Source: Anaerolineales bacterium UBA3499
Lineage (GTDB): Bacteria; Chloroflexota; Anaerolineae; Anaerolineales; UBA11657
Length of the DNA stretch: 64,000 nucleotides
Direction: 5' to 3'
NCBI GenBank assembly: GCA_002377585.1
Contig: DFQC01000025.1
Location: 1,117 to 65,116 of the forward strand
Shown here: positions 1-9,204 of the stretch, one piece after another
Position numbering within the stretch: position 1 is the first letter of the stretch
Layout of the letters: each line of letters opens with the position of its first letter
Translations under genes and position numbers: made by a program
Notes under the pieces: generated by a model
Database searches by the model: none
Told to the model about the DNA's origin: nothing
Seen by the model: the letters and a program-made list of their open reading frames with translations, nothing else

Positions 1-365
1 GAACAGTCGAACGTGAGGTGTTCCCAGGTTACATACTGGTACAAATGGAATTGTCTGAAGAATCATGGTATGTGGTACGCAACACTCCTGGAGTAACTGG
101 CTTTGTCGGTATGGGCAGTAAGCCCATACCTTTGCAAGAAAATGAATTCAAGCACATTATCCAACGTATGGAGGCTGATGCACCACGCATTACTGTAACA
201 TTTAAAGTGGATCAGAAAGTACGTATAATTGACGGTCCATTTAATGATTTCATTGGTACTGTAACAGAAATTGATGCTGACAGAGCTAAAGTACGTGTTA
301 TGGTATCTTTCTTTGGAAGAGAAACACCCGTAGAGCTCGATTTTCTACAGGTAGAAAAAATATGA
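1..365 (+). CDS. nusG: Transcription antitermination factor NusG, C-terminal part (5' end upstream of window)
   Basis: Frame is open from the window edge (..[15 protein letters not shown]..). KOW-type C-terminus: [33 protein letters not shown]. Followed by the canonical rplK-rplA-rplJ-rplL order. Confidence 0.85.
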   Translation, partial: TVEREVFPGYILVQMELSEESWYVVRNTPGVTGFVGMGSKPIPLQENEFKHIIQRMEADAPRITVTFKVDQKVRIIDGPFNDFIGTVTEIDADRAKVRVMVSFFGRETPVELDFLQVEKI

Positions 366-384
366 CAATAGTGGTGATAATATA

Positions 385-810
385 GTGGCTAAAAAAATAC
401 AGGCAAAAATCAGACTTCAATTAGAAGCAGGCAAAGCAAGTCCGGCTCCACCAGTAGGACCTGCATTAGCTGCTCATGGTGTAAATCTCATGGGATTCTG
501 CAAAGAGTACAATGCACGAACGCAGAATAGAACTGGTGAAGTAATCCCAGCAGATATATCAATATTTACTGATGGGTCTTTTAGTTTCGTACTCAAAACT
601 CCACCAGCAGCAGTATTATTGCGCAAAGCTGCTGGTGTAGATAAAGGTGCAGCAGATCCATTACGGGAAAAAGTAGGTAGGGTCACCAAGTCACAGATAA
701 GAGAAATAGCTGAAACAAAAATGAAAGATCTAAATGCACTAGACGTTGAAGCTGCCATGCTTCAAATTGAAGGAACAGCACGGTCTATGGGCATATTAGT
801 GGAAGGATAA
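385..810 (+). CDS. rplK: 50S ribosomal protein L11
   Basis: GTG start. [44 protein letters not shown].. is the classic L11 N-terminus. 141 aa. Confidence 0.95.
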   Translation: MAKKIQAKIRLQLEAGKASPAPPVGPALAAHGVNLMGFCKEYNARTQNRTGEVIPADISIFTDGSFSFVLKTPPAAVLLRKAAGVDKGAADPLREKVGRVTKSQIREIAETKMKDLNALDVEAAMLQIEGTARSMGILVEG

Positions 811-874
811 TTTATCTATCAGACGGTAACAATAGTATCACAGCCTATTAAGTAGTAATTCTGAGGAAAACATT

Positions 875-1588
875 ATGACCAAACGTGGCAAAAAATATCG
901 CAAGGCAGTTAGTAATATCCAAGCAAATGAAATGTATGCGCCACGCGATGCAGTAACATTAGCAAAAGAAAATTCTAGCGCTAACTTCGACGAAACTATG
1001 GAAGTTCATATACGTATGGGTATTGATCCGCGCAAAGCGGATCAACAAGTGCGTTCATCGGTATTGTTACCACATGGTCTGGGAAAACCTGTACGGGTAC
1101 TAGCCTTTGTAGAAGGTGAAGGCGCACGCATCGCTGAACAAGCAGGTGCAGATTTCATTTCTGATCAAGAAACAATACAGAAAATCAAAGATGGTTGGTC
1201 TGACTTCGATGCTACCATTGCAGTACCAGAAATGATGGGCACTGTAGGCAGTCTAGGTAAAATACTTGGGCCTAGAGGACTAATGCCAAATCCTAAAGCA
1301 GGTACAGTAGCACCAACTGAAGATTTGCCGCGTCTAATAAATGAAGCTAAGGCTGGAAAGATAGAGTTTCGACTAGATAAAACTGCAAATCTACATGCTC
1401 CTATAGGAAAAGTATCGTTTAGCGCCGACAATCTTTTTGATAATTTTATGGCCTTGTTTGATGCTGTTAGAAGAGCTAAACCGCCAGCAGCTAAGGGTAA
1501 TTACTTTCGTCGTATCACTCTCGCTACTACTATGGGACCAGCAATAAGAATTGATCCAAACTTAGTGGAGGTCGAAATAGCTGATTAG
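875..1588 (+). CDS. rplA: 50S ribosomal protein L1
   Basis: MTKRGKKYRKA.., FDETMEVHIRMGIDPRKADQQVR, GPRGLMPNPKAGTV. 237 aa, sits after rplK. Confidence 0.95.
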   Translation: MTKRGKKYRKAVSNIQANEMYAPRDAVTLAKENSSANFDETMEVHIRMGIDPRKADQQVRSSVLLPHGLGKPVRVLAFVEGEGARIAEQAGADFISDQETIQKIKDGWSDFDATIAVPEMMGTVGSLGKILGPRGLMPNPKAGTVAPTEDLPRLINEAKAGKIEFRLDKTANLHAPIGKVSFSADNLFDNFMALFDAVRRAKPPAAKGNYFRRITLATTMGPAIRIDPNLVEVEIAD

Positions 1589-1716
1589 AAGATACACACA
1601 TAATTTATAACTTGAAACAAATCGCCGTAGACAGTGGGTGCCCTATATTTTGTAGGACTTAATTTCCCGCAGAGGCAAATACTTTCAAATGAACATGCCT
1701 TGTTAGGCTGTGTCAC

Positions 1717-1770
1717 AAAGTCTTTGCATCTCATCGTCTATTTACACGATGTGAGCTAAAGACTTTTTTT
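1717..1770 (+). promoter_or_regulatory. L10-leader-type attenuator: long imperfect hairpin plus T7 run just upstream of the rplJ SD
   Basis: AAAGTCTTT(1717-1725) pairs with AAAGACTTT(1758-1766). The inner arms GCATCTCATCG/CGATGTGAGC pair with one mismatch and bulges. The run TTTTTTT ends at 1770. It lies in a 209-nt untranslated gap between rplA and rplJ. Confidence 0.5.
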
Positions 1771-1797
1771 ATGAATTACAAGCAAAGGAGTAAAAAT

Positions 1798-2334
1798 ATG
1801 GCAATAAGTAAACAAAAGAAACAAGAATTGGTTGAGGCATATACAGACCTATTGCAACGTAGCCAAGGTGTAATTTGGTTGAATAATAAAGGTCTGTCTG
1901 TTTCCGAAATATTCGAGCTTAGAAGCAGCATCAGAGAAGCTGAGGGGAAATGTAAGGTCACTAAGAATCGTCTCACACGTTTGGCATTGCAGAATGCTGG
2001 TCTACCAACAATGGATGAAGTCTTGACAGGGCCCACAATCACTGGATTTGCCCTTGGGGAAATACCAGCAGTCGCCAAAGCTATCGCAGATTTTGCGAAA
2101 GAGAATGACTCTGTAGAAATTAAGGGCGGATTAATGGGTACTGAAATATTATCTGCCGATGAATTGACAACCCTAGCAAACTTACCGCCACTTGAGATAT
2201 TACAAGCTCAATTACTAGGATTGATAAATGCTCCTGCTCGGCAAATTGCAGGAACACTTTCAAGCAGTGTCCGCCAAGTAATCAACGTAGTGAATGCATA
2301 TTCTGACTCTGAAACTCAGACTGTAAAGACGTAG
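1798..2334 (+). CDS. rplJ: 50S ribosomal protein L10
   Basis: ATG at 1798 is preceded by AAGGAG (1785-1790). MAISKQKKQELVEAYTDLLQRSQGVIW.. is L10-like. The track ORF start at 1771 abuts the terminator T-run and is unlikely. Confidence 0.9.
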   Translation: MAISKQKKQELVEAYTDLLQRSQGVIWLNNKGLSVSEIFELRSSIREAEGKCKVTKNRLTRLALQNAGLPTMDEVLTGPTITGFALGEIPAVAKAIADFAKENDSVEIKGGLMGTEILSADELTTLANLPPLEILQAQLLGLINAPARQIAGTLSSSVRQVINVVNAYSDSETQTVKT

Positions 2335-2397
2335 TTAACATATAAATAATAAGGTATACCAAACAATTAACAATACAATCATAAAGGAGAATGTATC

Positions 2398-2778
2398 ATG
2401 ACAGATTTAGAGAAATTAGTGGACCAGCTGAGCGAACTTACAGTTCTAGAAGCAGCTGACCTAACGAAAATGCTTGAAGAAAAATGGGGAGTATCAGCAG
2501 CAGCCCCAGTAGCAGCAGTAGCAGTGGCAGCTGGAGATGGTGCTGATGCATCTCCCGCTGAAGAAAAAGCGGAATGGAATGTAGTCTTGCAAGACCATGG
2601 TGCTAAGAAAATAGATGTTATTAAAGCTATTAGACAGGTAAGTAGCTTGGGTCTCAAGGATGCCAAAGAGGTTGCAGAGACTGCCGGATCCGTTGTTCTG
2701 GAAGCTGTAGCTAAAGAGGCAGCAGAGGATGCAAAAAAGACACTCGAAGAAGCTGGAGCCACAGTAGAGCTGCAATAA
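2398..2778 (+). CDS. rplL: 50S ribosomal protein L7/L12
   Basis: Ala-rich hinge [14 protein letters not shown]-terminal domain [51 protein letters not shown] is AAAGGAGA. Confidence 0.95.
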   Translation: MTDLEKLVDQLSELTVLEAADLTKMLEEKWGVSAAAPVAAVAVAAGDGADASPAEEKAEWNVVLQDHGAKKIDVIKAIRQVSSLGLKDAKEVAETAGSVVLEAVAKEAAEDAKKTLEEAGATVELQ

Positions 2779-2872
2779 TGTCACTTGTGAAGCTAGAAAT
2801 TGTTCCATTTGTACTTAGTCATTGTGAGATCTACAAGTATGTTATGTTTACACAAACACCTAACAACTTTGC

Positions 2873-3385
2873 GTGATGAACCATAATGATGTCAATTTCT
2901 GTGTACGCTGCGGCAACGGCTTAGAAACAAGAGAACGCTCTGGTGCAAAACGCCCTGTTTGCACCAGATGTGACTACACTCACTTCTTTGATCCAAAAGT
3001 TGCTGCAGCAATGTGGTTGACACAAAATAACATGCTTCTTCTCGTAAGACGTGCTATAGAACCAGCAAAGGGACTTTGGACTATTCCTGGTGGGTTCGTA
3101 GATGCTTGGGAGAATCCTGCTGAAACTGCATCTCGTGAATGTAATGAGGAAACAGGCCTCAGAGTAATAGAAGCAAAACTCTTAGATTTAGTTCCTAGCC
3201 AAAATCAATCCAGTAGAGCCGGTTTTGTTATTTTTTATACAGGCCAAATCATATCTGGAGACTTAAAAGCAGGAGATGATGCCGATGCAGCAGATTGGTT
3301 CTACGTAAACCAATTACCTGAAATAGCTTTCGATGCAACCCAAACAATGATCAATCGTTGGAAAAATGGACTACTAGTCTACTAG
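2873..3385 (+). CDS. NUDIX hydrolase with N-terminal zinc ribbon
   Basis: CVRCG..x15..CTRCD gives four Cys. Complete Nudix box GFVDAWENPAETASRECNEETGL (Gx5Ex7REUxEExGU). Confidence 0.85.
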   Translation: MMNHNDVNFCVRCGNGLETRERSGAKRPVCTRCDYTHFFDPKVAAAMWLTQNNMLLLVRRAIEPAKGLWTIPGGFVDAWENPAETASRECNEETGLRVIEAKLLDLVPSQNQSSRAGFVIFYTGQIISGDLKAGDDADAADWFYVNQLPEIAFDATQTMINRWKNGLLVY

Positions 3386-3480
3386 AACATTACTGTCATA
3401 AATCACAAAATGAATCCTAATAACCAGATGCACCTACTAATATGCTAGAATAGAAAAAGATAAACACATATGGCAACAAT

Positions 3481-4008
3481 ATGATTGAAGTAAATATTGA
3501 CAGCATCAGAGTTAGTCTAATGTCTCAGCATCGAGTAGCAATATTAAAAAATGATGCGGGTAGCCGCTACCTCCCAATATGGATTGGACCATGCGAGGCA
3601 GATGCTATAACTGTTGAATTACAGGATATGGAAATGGCACGTCCTTTGACACACGATATACTAGCCAAGACTATTGAAAGTCTAGGCGGTGAGATATCTC
3701 ATGTAATTATCAAGGATCTAAGGAATGATGTGTTTTATGCCTATATTATAATCAATCAAGATGGGACACAGCTCGAGATAGATTCGCGACCATCTGATGC
3801 TTTGGCGCTCGCAGTACGAGCACAGGTACCAATATTCGTGGAAGAACAAGTAATGGACAAAGCTTCTATTGTTCCTGAAGACAACATTATGGATCAATAC
3901 AGCGACTTGGAAAATGACACAGATAATGACCGTGATTTGTCAGCATTTTCAGATTTTGTAGATACACTTGATTTGGACAACTTAGAATCAAATACAGGAA
4001 AAGATTAA
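3481..4008 (+). CDS. Bifunctional nuclease (BFN/DUF151) family protein with acidic C-terminal tail
   Basis: ..LPIWIGPCEADAI..ARPLTHDIL..EIDSRPSDALALAVR.. matches DUF151 hallmarks as I remember them. The C-terminus is D/E/N-rich. Confidence 0.7.
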   Translation: MIEVNIDSIRVSLMSQHRVAILKNDAGSRYLPIWIGPCEADAITVELQDMEMARPLTHDILAKTIESLGGEISHVIIKDLRNDVFYAYIIINQDGTQLEIDSRPSDALALAVRAQVPIFVEEQVMDKASIVPEDNIMDQYSDLENDTDNDRDLSAFSDFVDTLDLDNLESNTGKD

Positions 4009-4155
4009 AATAGTTTAGACACAAAGTTAGCATACAAACTAGTTACTATGACACACTATACATTTCTAAACTCCACTTAACAATTAGTATGGAGTAATTT
4101 GGATCAACTTAGTTCTTGTAATAGACAGTATATATATAGATTGCCACCAAGGCTG

Positions 4156-5517
4156 ATGGAAAACACGAGCCAAGATTTTATTCAACCTAACAACCTAGAA
4201 GCTGAAGAGGCAGTGATCGGATCAATTCTGATCGATCCAGACGCCTACTTTGAGGTAGCCTCCACCATAAGGCCAGATGATTTTTATCTTGTTAAACACA
4301 GATGGATTTGGAATGTTTTTATGACACTTCACGACCAAAACATGCCAATTGACCAACTAACTACTAAAGACGAATTAGAGGCTCGCAACCAACTAGAAGA
4401 AATCGGTGGTTTTGCTTACCTCACTCAACTGGTAACACGAGTACCAACAGCATTCAACGTAGCAGCTTATGCTAGGCTTGTCGAAGAAGCCGCCACTCGT
4501 CGCAGGCTAATAAGGGCCGCTGGAGATGTGGCTAAAATAGCTTATGATGAAAAAACCGACATCAACGAAGTAGTTAACCAATCAGAACAGGCACTTTTTG
4601 GAGTAACTGAAGGTCGTTCTACTCGCGACTTAGTACCTATTAGACAGGTCGCACATGAGTATTACGATCGAGTTCAGCAACTTTACGATAACCGAGGCAA
4701 AATTGTTGGAGTACCAACTGGATTTCAAGATCTAGATAAATTACTAGGAGGAATGCAAAAATCAGATCTTATTGTCGTAGCTGGTAGACCAGGTAAAGGA
4801 AAGTCGGCTTTCATGGTTTCAGTAGCCCTTAATGCAGCGCTCACCCACAAACAGAGAGTAGCTTTGTTTTCACTTGAAATGTCAAATGAACAAGTAATGC
4901 AGCGTATGGTCGCACAGGATAGCCATATCGACAGTCATAAACTGCGTATGGGTGAGCTCGAAGATGAACAGATGGACCGTTTTATTCACTCCGTCAATTT
5001 GTTGAGTGATGTAGGAGTATATTTAGATGATACACCATCAATATCAGCTATGCAGTTACGCTCTAAAAGTCGTAGATTAGCAGCAGAGATCAAGCTAGAC
5101 CTAATAATTGTCGATTATTTGCAACTAATGGTAACTGATCTCAGGCGTGACGCAAATCGCGTACAAGAGGTGTCAGAAATATCGCGTAGTCTAAAAGCAT
5201 TAGCGCGTGAACTACATGTGCCTGTACTCGCTGGAGCCCAGCTATCTAGGGGTGTAGAACAACGATCGGGCCAAAAACCATTGCTGTCTGATTTACGAGA
5301 ATCTGGCAGTATAGAACAAGATAGTGATGTAGTAATGTTTTTGCATCATCCTGATTCATGGGATGAAGACCCACAACGACAGCACGTGACTGAAGTAGTA
5401 GTATCAAAACATCGCAATGGAAAAACTGGTTCCATAGATCTGATATTTCTGCCACAATACGCTGAATTTGTTGATGCAGCACATAGAAGTATAGTTCTAC
5501 AGGAGGAACAAGAGTGA
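4156..5517 (+). CDS. dnaB: Replicative DNA helicase DnaB
   Basis: PNNLEAEEAVIGSILIDPD (DnaB N-terminal domain). Walker A GRPGKGKSAF. IIVDYLQLM, SRSLKALARELHVPVLAGAQLSRGVEQR, LSDLRESGSIEQDSDVVMFLH. ATG 4156 is preferred over the TTG at 4099. Confidence 0.9.
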   Translation: MENTSQDFIQPNNLEAEEAVIGSILIDPDAYFEVASTIRPDDFYLVKHRWIWNVFMTLHDQNMPIDQLTTKDELEARNQLEEIGGFAYLTQLVTRVPTAFNVAAYARLVEEAATRRRLIRAAGDVAKIAYDEKTDINEVVNQSEQALFGVTEGRSTRDLVPIRQVAHEYYDRVQQLYDNRGKIVGVPTGFQDLDKLLGGMQKSDLIVVAGRPGKGKSAFMVSVALNAALTHKQRVALFSLEMSNEQVMQRMVAQDSHIDSHKLRMGELEDEQMDRFIHSVNLLSDVGVYLDDTPSISAMQLRSKSRRLAAEIKLDLIIVDYLQLMVTDLRRDANRVQEVSEISRSLKALARELHVPVLAGAQLSRGVEQRSGQKPLLSDLRESGSIEQDSDVVMFLHHPDSWDEDPQRQHVTEVVVSKHRNGKTGSIDLIFLPQYAEFVDAAHRSIVLQEEQE

Positions 5518-6206
5518 AAGGATTCTCAGGATTCCCTAAAGGAAAAACTCGTGTCACCCTTGTTCCAAATTTGTTCTTTAGCGAACTACTGCCATATATT
5601 GACAATCTTGATGAACTAAAATTGACGCTGTACTGCTTTTGGAACCTAGGATTAAAAGAAGGTGATGTCAGATATCTTAGTCACAATGAATTACAAAAGG
5701 ACAAGGTATTAATTGAGAACTTTGATGAACCCGGTGTTACTGCTCTTAACCAAGCCCTAGAACGAGCGTGTGCTCGTGGCACTCTACTGAAGGTTAATAT
5801 AGCAATCGCCGCAGATAAAGAGGAACAGTATTACTTCCTTAACACACCTAAAGGAAGATCAGCTGTTGATAGTATAGCCAAAGGTAATTGGACCCCTAAC
5901 AGTCATCCTAATGATCCTATAAGTGTTGTTGTTGAAAGACCAAATATATTTAGTATTTATGAACAAAATATTGGAGCACTGACCCCGCTCATGGCCGACA
6001 AATTAATTGAAGCAGAAACAGAATTTCCGGATATCTGGTTGAGAGAAGCGATGAAATTAGCTGTAGAAAATAATGCACGCTCTTGGAGTTATGTAGATGC
6101 CATACTCAAACGATGGAAGCGTGAAGGAAAGGATAGTCAACATGGAAAAGGCAGATCGGACACTGAAAAGACTCGCCGAAAATATCTCGAATACCTCGAC
6201 AGTTAA
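5514..6206 (+). CDS. DnaD-domain replication/primosome protein (replisome-organiser-like)
   Basis: GTG start overlaps the dnaB stop (GTGA). The N-terminus VPNLFFSELLPYIDNLDELKLTLYCFW resembles a DnaD-type winged helix. The C-terminus ..ARSWSYVDAILKRWKREG.. resembles the DnaD/DnaB_2 motif. Confidence 0.6.
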   Translation: MKGFSGFPKGKTRVTLVPNLFFSELLPYIDNLDELKLTLYCFWNLGLKEGDVRYLSHNELQKDKVLIENFDEPGVTALNQALERACARGTLLKVNIAIAADKEEQYYFLNTPKGRSAVDSIAKGNWTPNSHPNDPISVVVERPNIFSIYEQNIGALTPLMADKLIEAETEFPDIWLREAMKLAVENNARSWSYVDAILKRWKREGKDSQHGKGRSDTEKTRRKYLEYLDS

Positions 6207-7512
6207 TAGCAAATCTACGAACGTAGCTGGATTGGGAGATGCCGACTGTCCTAATTGCCTTGGTATCGGTTTTGTAAGCTCGAATGCCGACATAGAAGAC
6301 CCAGAGTTCGGCCGGCTGTATCCTTGTTCTTGCCGATTTGAAGATTTACAACGTGCAATTACTAATCAAAAACAACTTTCCTCTACTTTAGGCCCACTGT
6401 CAAAAAAAACATTTGACAACTTTATTCCTTCAGGTAATACAACTGAACCAAGACAAAAGGATAGTTTGCAGCGAGCGTTTGAGCAATCACAAAGTTTTGC
6501 AAACACACCCGAAGGATGGATTGTGCTACACGGCGGCTATGGGTGTGGGAAGACTCACCTAGCAGCAGCTATCGCCAATCAATGCTTGTCTCAAGGTCAA
6601 GATGTGCTATTTGTGAACACTCCTGATTTGCTTGATCACCTACGTTCTACCTTTGCCCCAGGATCTACTATTGATTATGACGAGATGTTTGAACAGACAC
6701 GCAATATATTTCTATTGGTGCTCGATGATCTTGGTGCCGAGAATCCTACCCAGTGGGCTCAAGAAAAACTCTATCAAATCATTAATCACAGATATAATGC
6801 AGCTTTACCGACTGTCATAACTTGTAATGTAAATCTGGAAAGTATAGAACCGCGTATCAGAAGTCGACTGGTAGATATAGACTTAGTACGTAAATTAATC
6901 ATACAAGCACCAGATTTTCGCAGGGCTGACTCCGACCAAACTGACTTATCCTCACTACCAATACATTCTCGACAGACCTTTGAAACCTTCGAATCTAGAG
7001 CAGGTGAGATACCTTCAGAACATCACAAACGACTAAGTATTGCAGTAACAGCTGCAAAGAGCTTTGCCGAAAATCCAGAAGGATGGTTGTTATTAATTGG
7101 TGGTCACGGTTGTGGAAAAACACACTTGGCAGCTGCCGTAGCTAACTATCGCGTTCGGAATGGTAGTCCGGCACTATTTATTACTTCGGCGGATCTGCTT
7201 GATCATTTGCGAGCCACATTTAGTCCAGACTCATTGGTTCGCTTTGATAAACAGTTTGCAGAGCTACGTAACACACCACTACTTATCCTAGATGACCTTA
7301 CATTGGAAAGCGCAACACCATGGGCAAGAGAAAAACTAATGCAACTGATTGATCATCGATACGTGACACGTCTACCTACAGTTATCACAACATCTGCTGA
7401 TAAATCTGATCTGGGAACTAGATTAGAAAGCCGTCTTTTAAATCCTGCAATAAGTACTATATGCCCTATTACTGCACCAATGTATAAAGGCAAGAAACGT
7501 AGGTCACGCTAA
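6142..7512 (+). CDS. Helicase-loader-like protein: Zn-ribbon plus two tandem DnaC/DnaI-type AAA+ modules
   Basis: CPNC..x22..CSC zinc ribbon. Module 1: TFDNF, GGYGCGKTHLAAAIAN, LLVLDDLG, RIRSRL. Module 2: TFETF, GGHGCGKTHLAAAVAN, LLILDDLT, RLESRL. The start is uncertain (ATG 6097, ATG 6142 or TTG 6232), and both ATG options overlap the upstream gene. Confidence 0.75.
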   Translation: MEKADRTLKRLAENISNTSTVNSKSTNVAGLGDADCPNCLGIGFVSSNADIEDPEFGRLYPCSCRFEDLQRAITNQKQLSSTLGPLSKKTFDNFIPSGNTTEPRQKDSLQRAFEQSQSFANTPEGWIVLHGGYGCGKTHLAAAIANQCLSQGQDVLFVNTPDLLDHLRSTFAPGSTIDYDEMFEQTRNIFLLVLDDLGAENPTQWAQEKLYQIINHRYNAALPTVITCNVNLESIEPRIRSRLVDIDLVRKLIIQAPDFRRADSDQTDLSSLPIHSRQTFETFESRAGEIPSEHHKRLSIAVTAAKSFAENPEGWLLLIGGHGCGKTHLAAAVANYRVRNGSPALFITSADLLDHLRATFSPDSLVRFDKQFAELRNTPLLILDDLTLESATPWAREKLMQLIDHRYVTRLPTVITTSADKSDLGTRLESRLLNPAISTICPITAPMYKGKKRRSR

Positions 7513-7525
7513 TTGCCAAAACATC

Positions 7526-8449
7526 TTGATGGTCCAGACAAAGCTTAATAAGCAAGCACAAAAATCCTTTATAGCATGCGTTAGTATCATATTGATATGT
7601 CTGCTTACCTATGGACTACTTACAACATCAGCACAATCTGTACCGCCCCATCCTTTCTACAGCGAGGATGAAAAAGAACACACTACACAAATAATAGCCT
7701 ATAGAGGAGGCTCAGGGCTGTGGCCAGAAAATACTCTATACGCTCTTCAACAGTCTAAAGCAATCGGTAGTGATGCAATACAAATGGACGTACGAATTAG
7801 CTTAGATAACACACTTGTTGCTATGCATGATAGCACTGTGGATAGAACAACCAATGGATTTGGTGCTGTAAACCAATTAAATTTAACTGAATTGCAAAAT
7901 CTAGACGCAGGTTATCAATGGTCACAAGACGCTGGATCAATATTCAAATACCGTGGCCAGGGTATCACCATCCCAACCATTGCTGAAGTATTTGCAGAAA
8001 TAGATAGCATGCAAATATATGTTGACATTAAAGATGATGATTTCTTTCCAGCAAACCTACTCTGCATGAATATTCGAAATTACAATATGGCTCAAAAGAT
8101 ACTAGTATCGGCCGATAATGATGTGGTTCTTGAACATTTTAGAGAAACGTGTCCCGAAATAGCCACGGCCGCTAGTGATAAAGAACAAAAGGTCTTTACT
8201 GCACTGAATGCAGCATTCTTGACCCCTATCTATAGCCCAAGCTTTCATTTAGTGGAGTTGCCACCAATTTGGTACGGCTTACGACTTATTACACCTAATC
8301 TAGTACAATCGGCACATCTAAGAGGTTTAAGAGTCCACGCAGTAAACATCAATAAATCCGATCAAATGGAACTTATGATACAACAAGGAATAGACGGTGT
8401 TGTTACAGGTCACCCTAATCTTGCAATTGAGGCTATCAATGCGAATTAA
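7526..8449 (+). CDS. Membrane-anchored glycerophosphodiester phosphodiesterase (GDPD) family protein, with non-canonical catalytic residues
   Basis: N-terminal TM segment. IIAYRGGSGLWPENTLYAL..DAIQMDVRISLDNTLVAMHDSTVDRTT aligns to the GDPD HRG..ENT..ExD..HD..R pattern, but with Y for H and Q for E. Confidence 0.7.
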   Translation: MMVQTKLNKQAQKSFIACVSIILICLLTYGLLTTSAQSVPPHPFYSEDEKEHTTQIIAYRGGSGLWPENTLYALQQSKAIGSDAIQMDVRISLDNTLVAMHDSTVDRTTNGFGAVNQLNLTELQNLDAGYQWSQDAGSIFKYRGQGITIPTIAEVFAEIDSMQIYVDIKDDDFFPANLLCMNIRNYNMAQKILVSADNDVVLEHFRETCPEIATAASDKEQKVFTALNAAFLTPIYSPSFHLVELPPIWYGLRLITPNLVQSAHLRGLRVHAVNINKSDQMELMIQQGIDGVVTGHPNLAIEAINAN

Positions 8450-8489
8450 TGTTATTGAGTGGAGCACACAAAATACAGATGGTCAATAA

Positions 8490-9176
8490 TTATTTATCAT
8501 CTGTGTAAGTAACATTCAATTCTGTCAATTTACCACTAGCCATAAAAATAACTCTCTCGGCGATGTTAGTAGCACGATCACCTATCCGTTCTATATTATG
8601 AGCCACAAACAGAACTGATAGTAAGTAATCAGTCGATTGACTAGCATCACGTGTTTCTCCTACGAGCTTATGGAACAACATCCTATGTTGAGTATCAAGA
8701 CTGTCATCATTGTCTGCTACATCATATGCTAAATTTGCATCGTGTTCTGTATAGGCTACCATCGCCCTTCTTAACATGTCACGACATTGACTAGTCAGTT
8801 GATATATAGCATTAGGAATATCCCGTTTTGGAACCATTTCCACACGCACAGCCAATTTAGCTATACCTGCAGCATAATCACCAATACGCTCCAGCTCAGT
8901 AACTATATTCATAGTTGCTACAATTAACCGTAAATCCACAGCCACAGGTTGCTGTGTAACCATAATATGTAAGCAGTGCTCTTCAAGCTCGAAACGCTTT
9001 GTATTAATATGGACATCCTCTGCAATAACTTCTTGAGCAAGCTCCACGTCACAAGCAGCAAAAGCATTTATGGATTTATCAATAGCAGTATCTACCTTAC
9101 TACTCAACCGTATTATGTCATCCATGATACCTTTTAGATGTTCGTCTAAAGTAGCACGAGTCTGAATGTTGTCCAT
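8490..9176 (-). CDS. phoU: Phosphate signalling complex protein PhoU
   Basis: Two PhoU repeats with ..ELERIGDYA.. and ..NIERIGDRATNIAE... ATG 9176 lies 7 nt after GAGGAG. Sits downstream of pstB. Confidence 0.9.
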   Translation of the reverse strand: MDNIQTRATLDEHLKGIMDDIIRLSSKVDTAIDKSINAFAACDVELAQEVIAEDVHINTKRFELEEHCLHIMVTQQPVAVDLRLIVATMNIVTELERIGDYAAGIAKLAVRVEMVPKRDIPNAIYQLTSQCRDMLRRAMVAYTEHDANLAYDVADNDDSLDTQHRMLFHKLVGETRDASQSTDYLLSVLFVAHNIERIGDRATNIAERVIFMASGKLTELNVTYTDDK

Positions 9177-9204
9177 AATCCTACTCCTCAAATTACAATA
9201 TGGG

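Noticed and set aside
474-2808. Antisense ORFs inside the ribosomal protein genes (474-758, 1165-1431, 1776-2078, 2379-2762, 2494-2808).
   Set aside because: They fully overlap strongly recognisable rplK, rplA, rplJ and rplL genes on the other strand. Their translations are low-complexity Ser/Ala/Cys-rich shadows.
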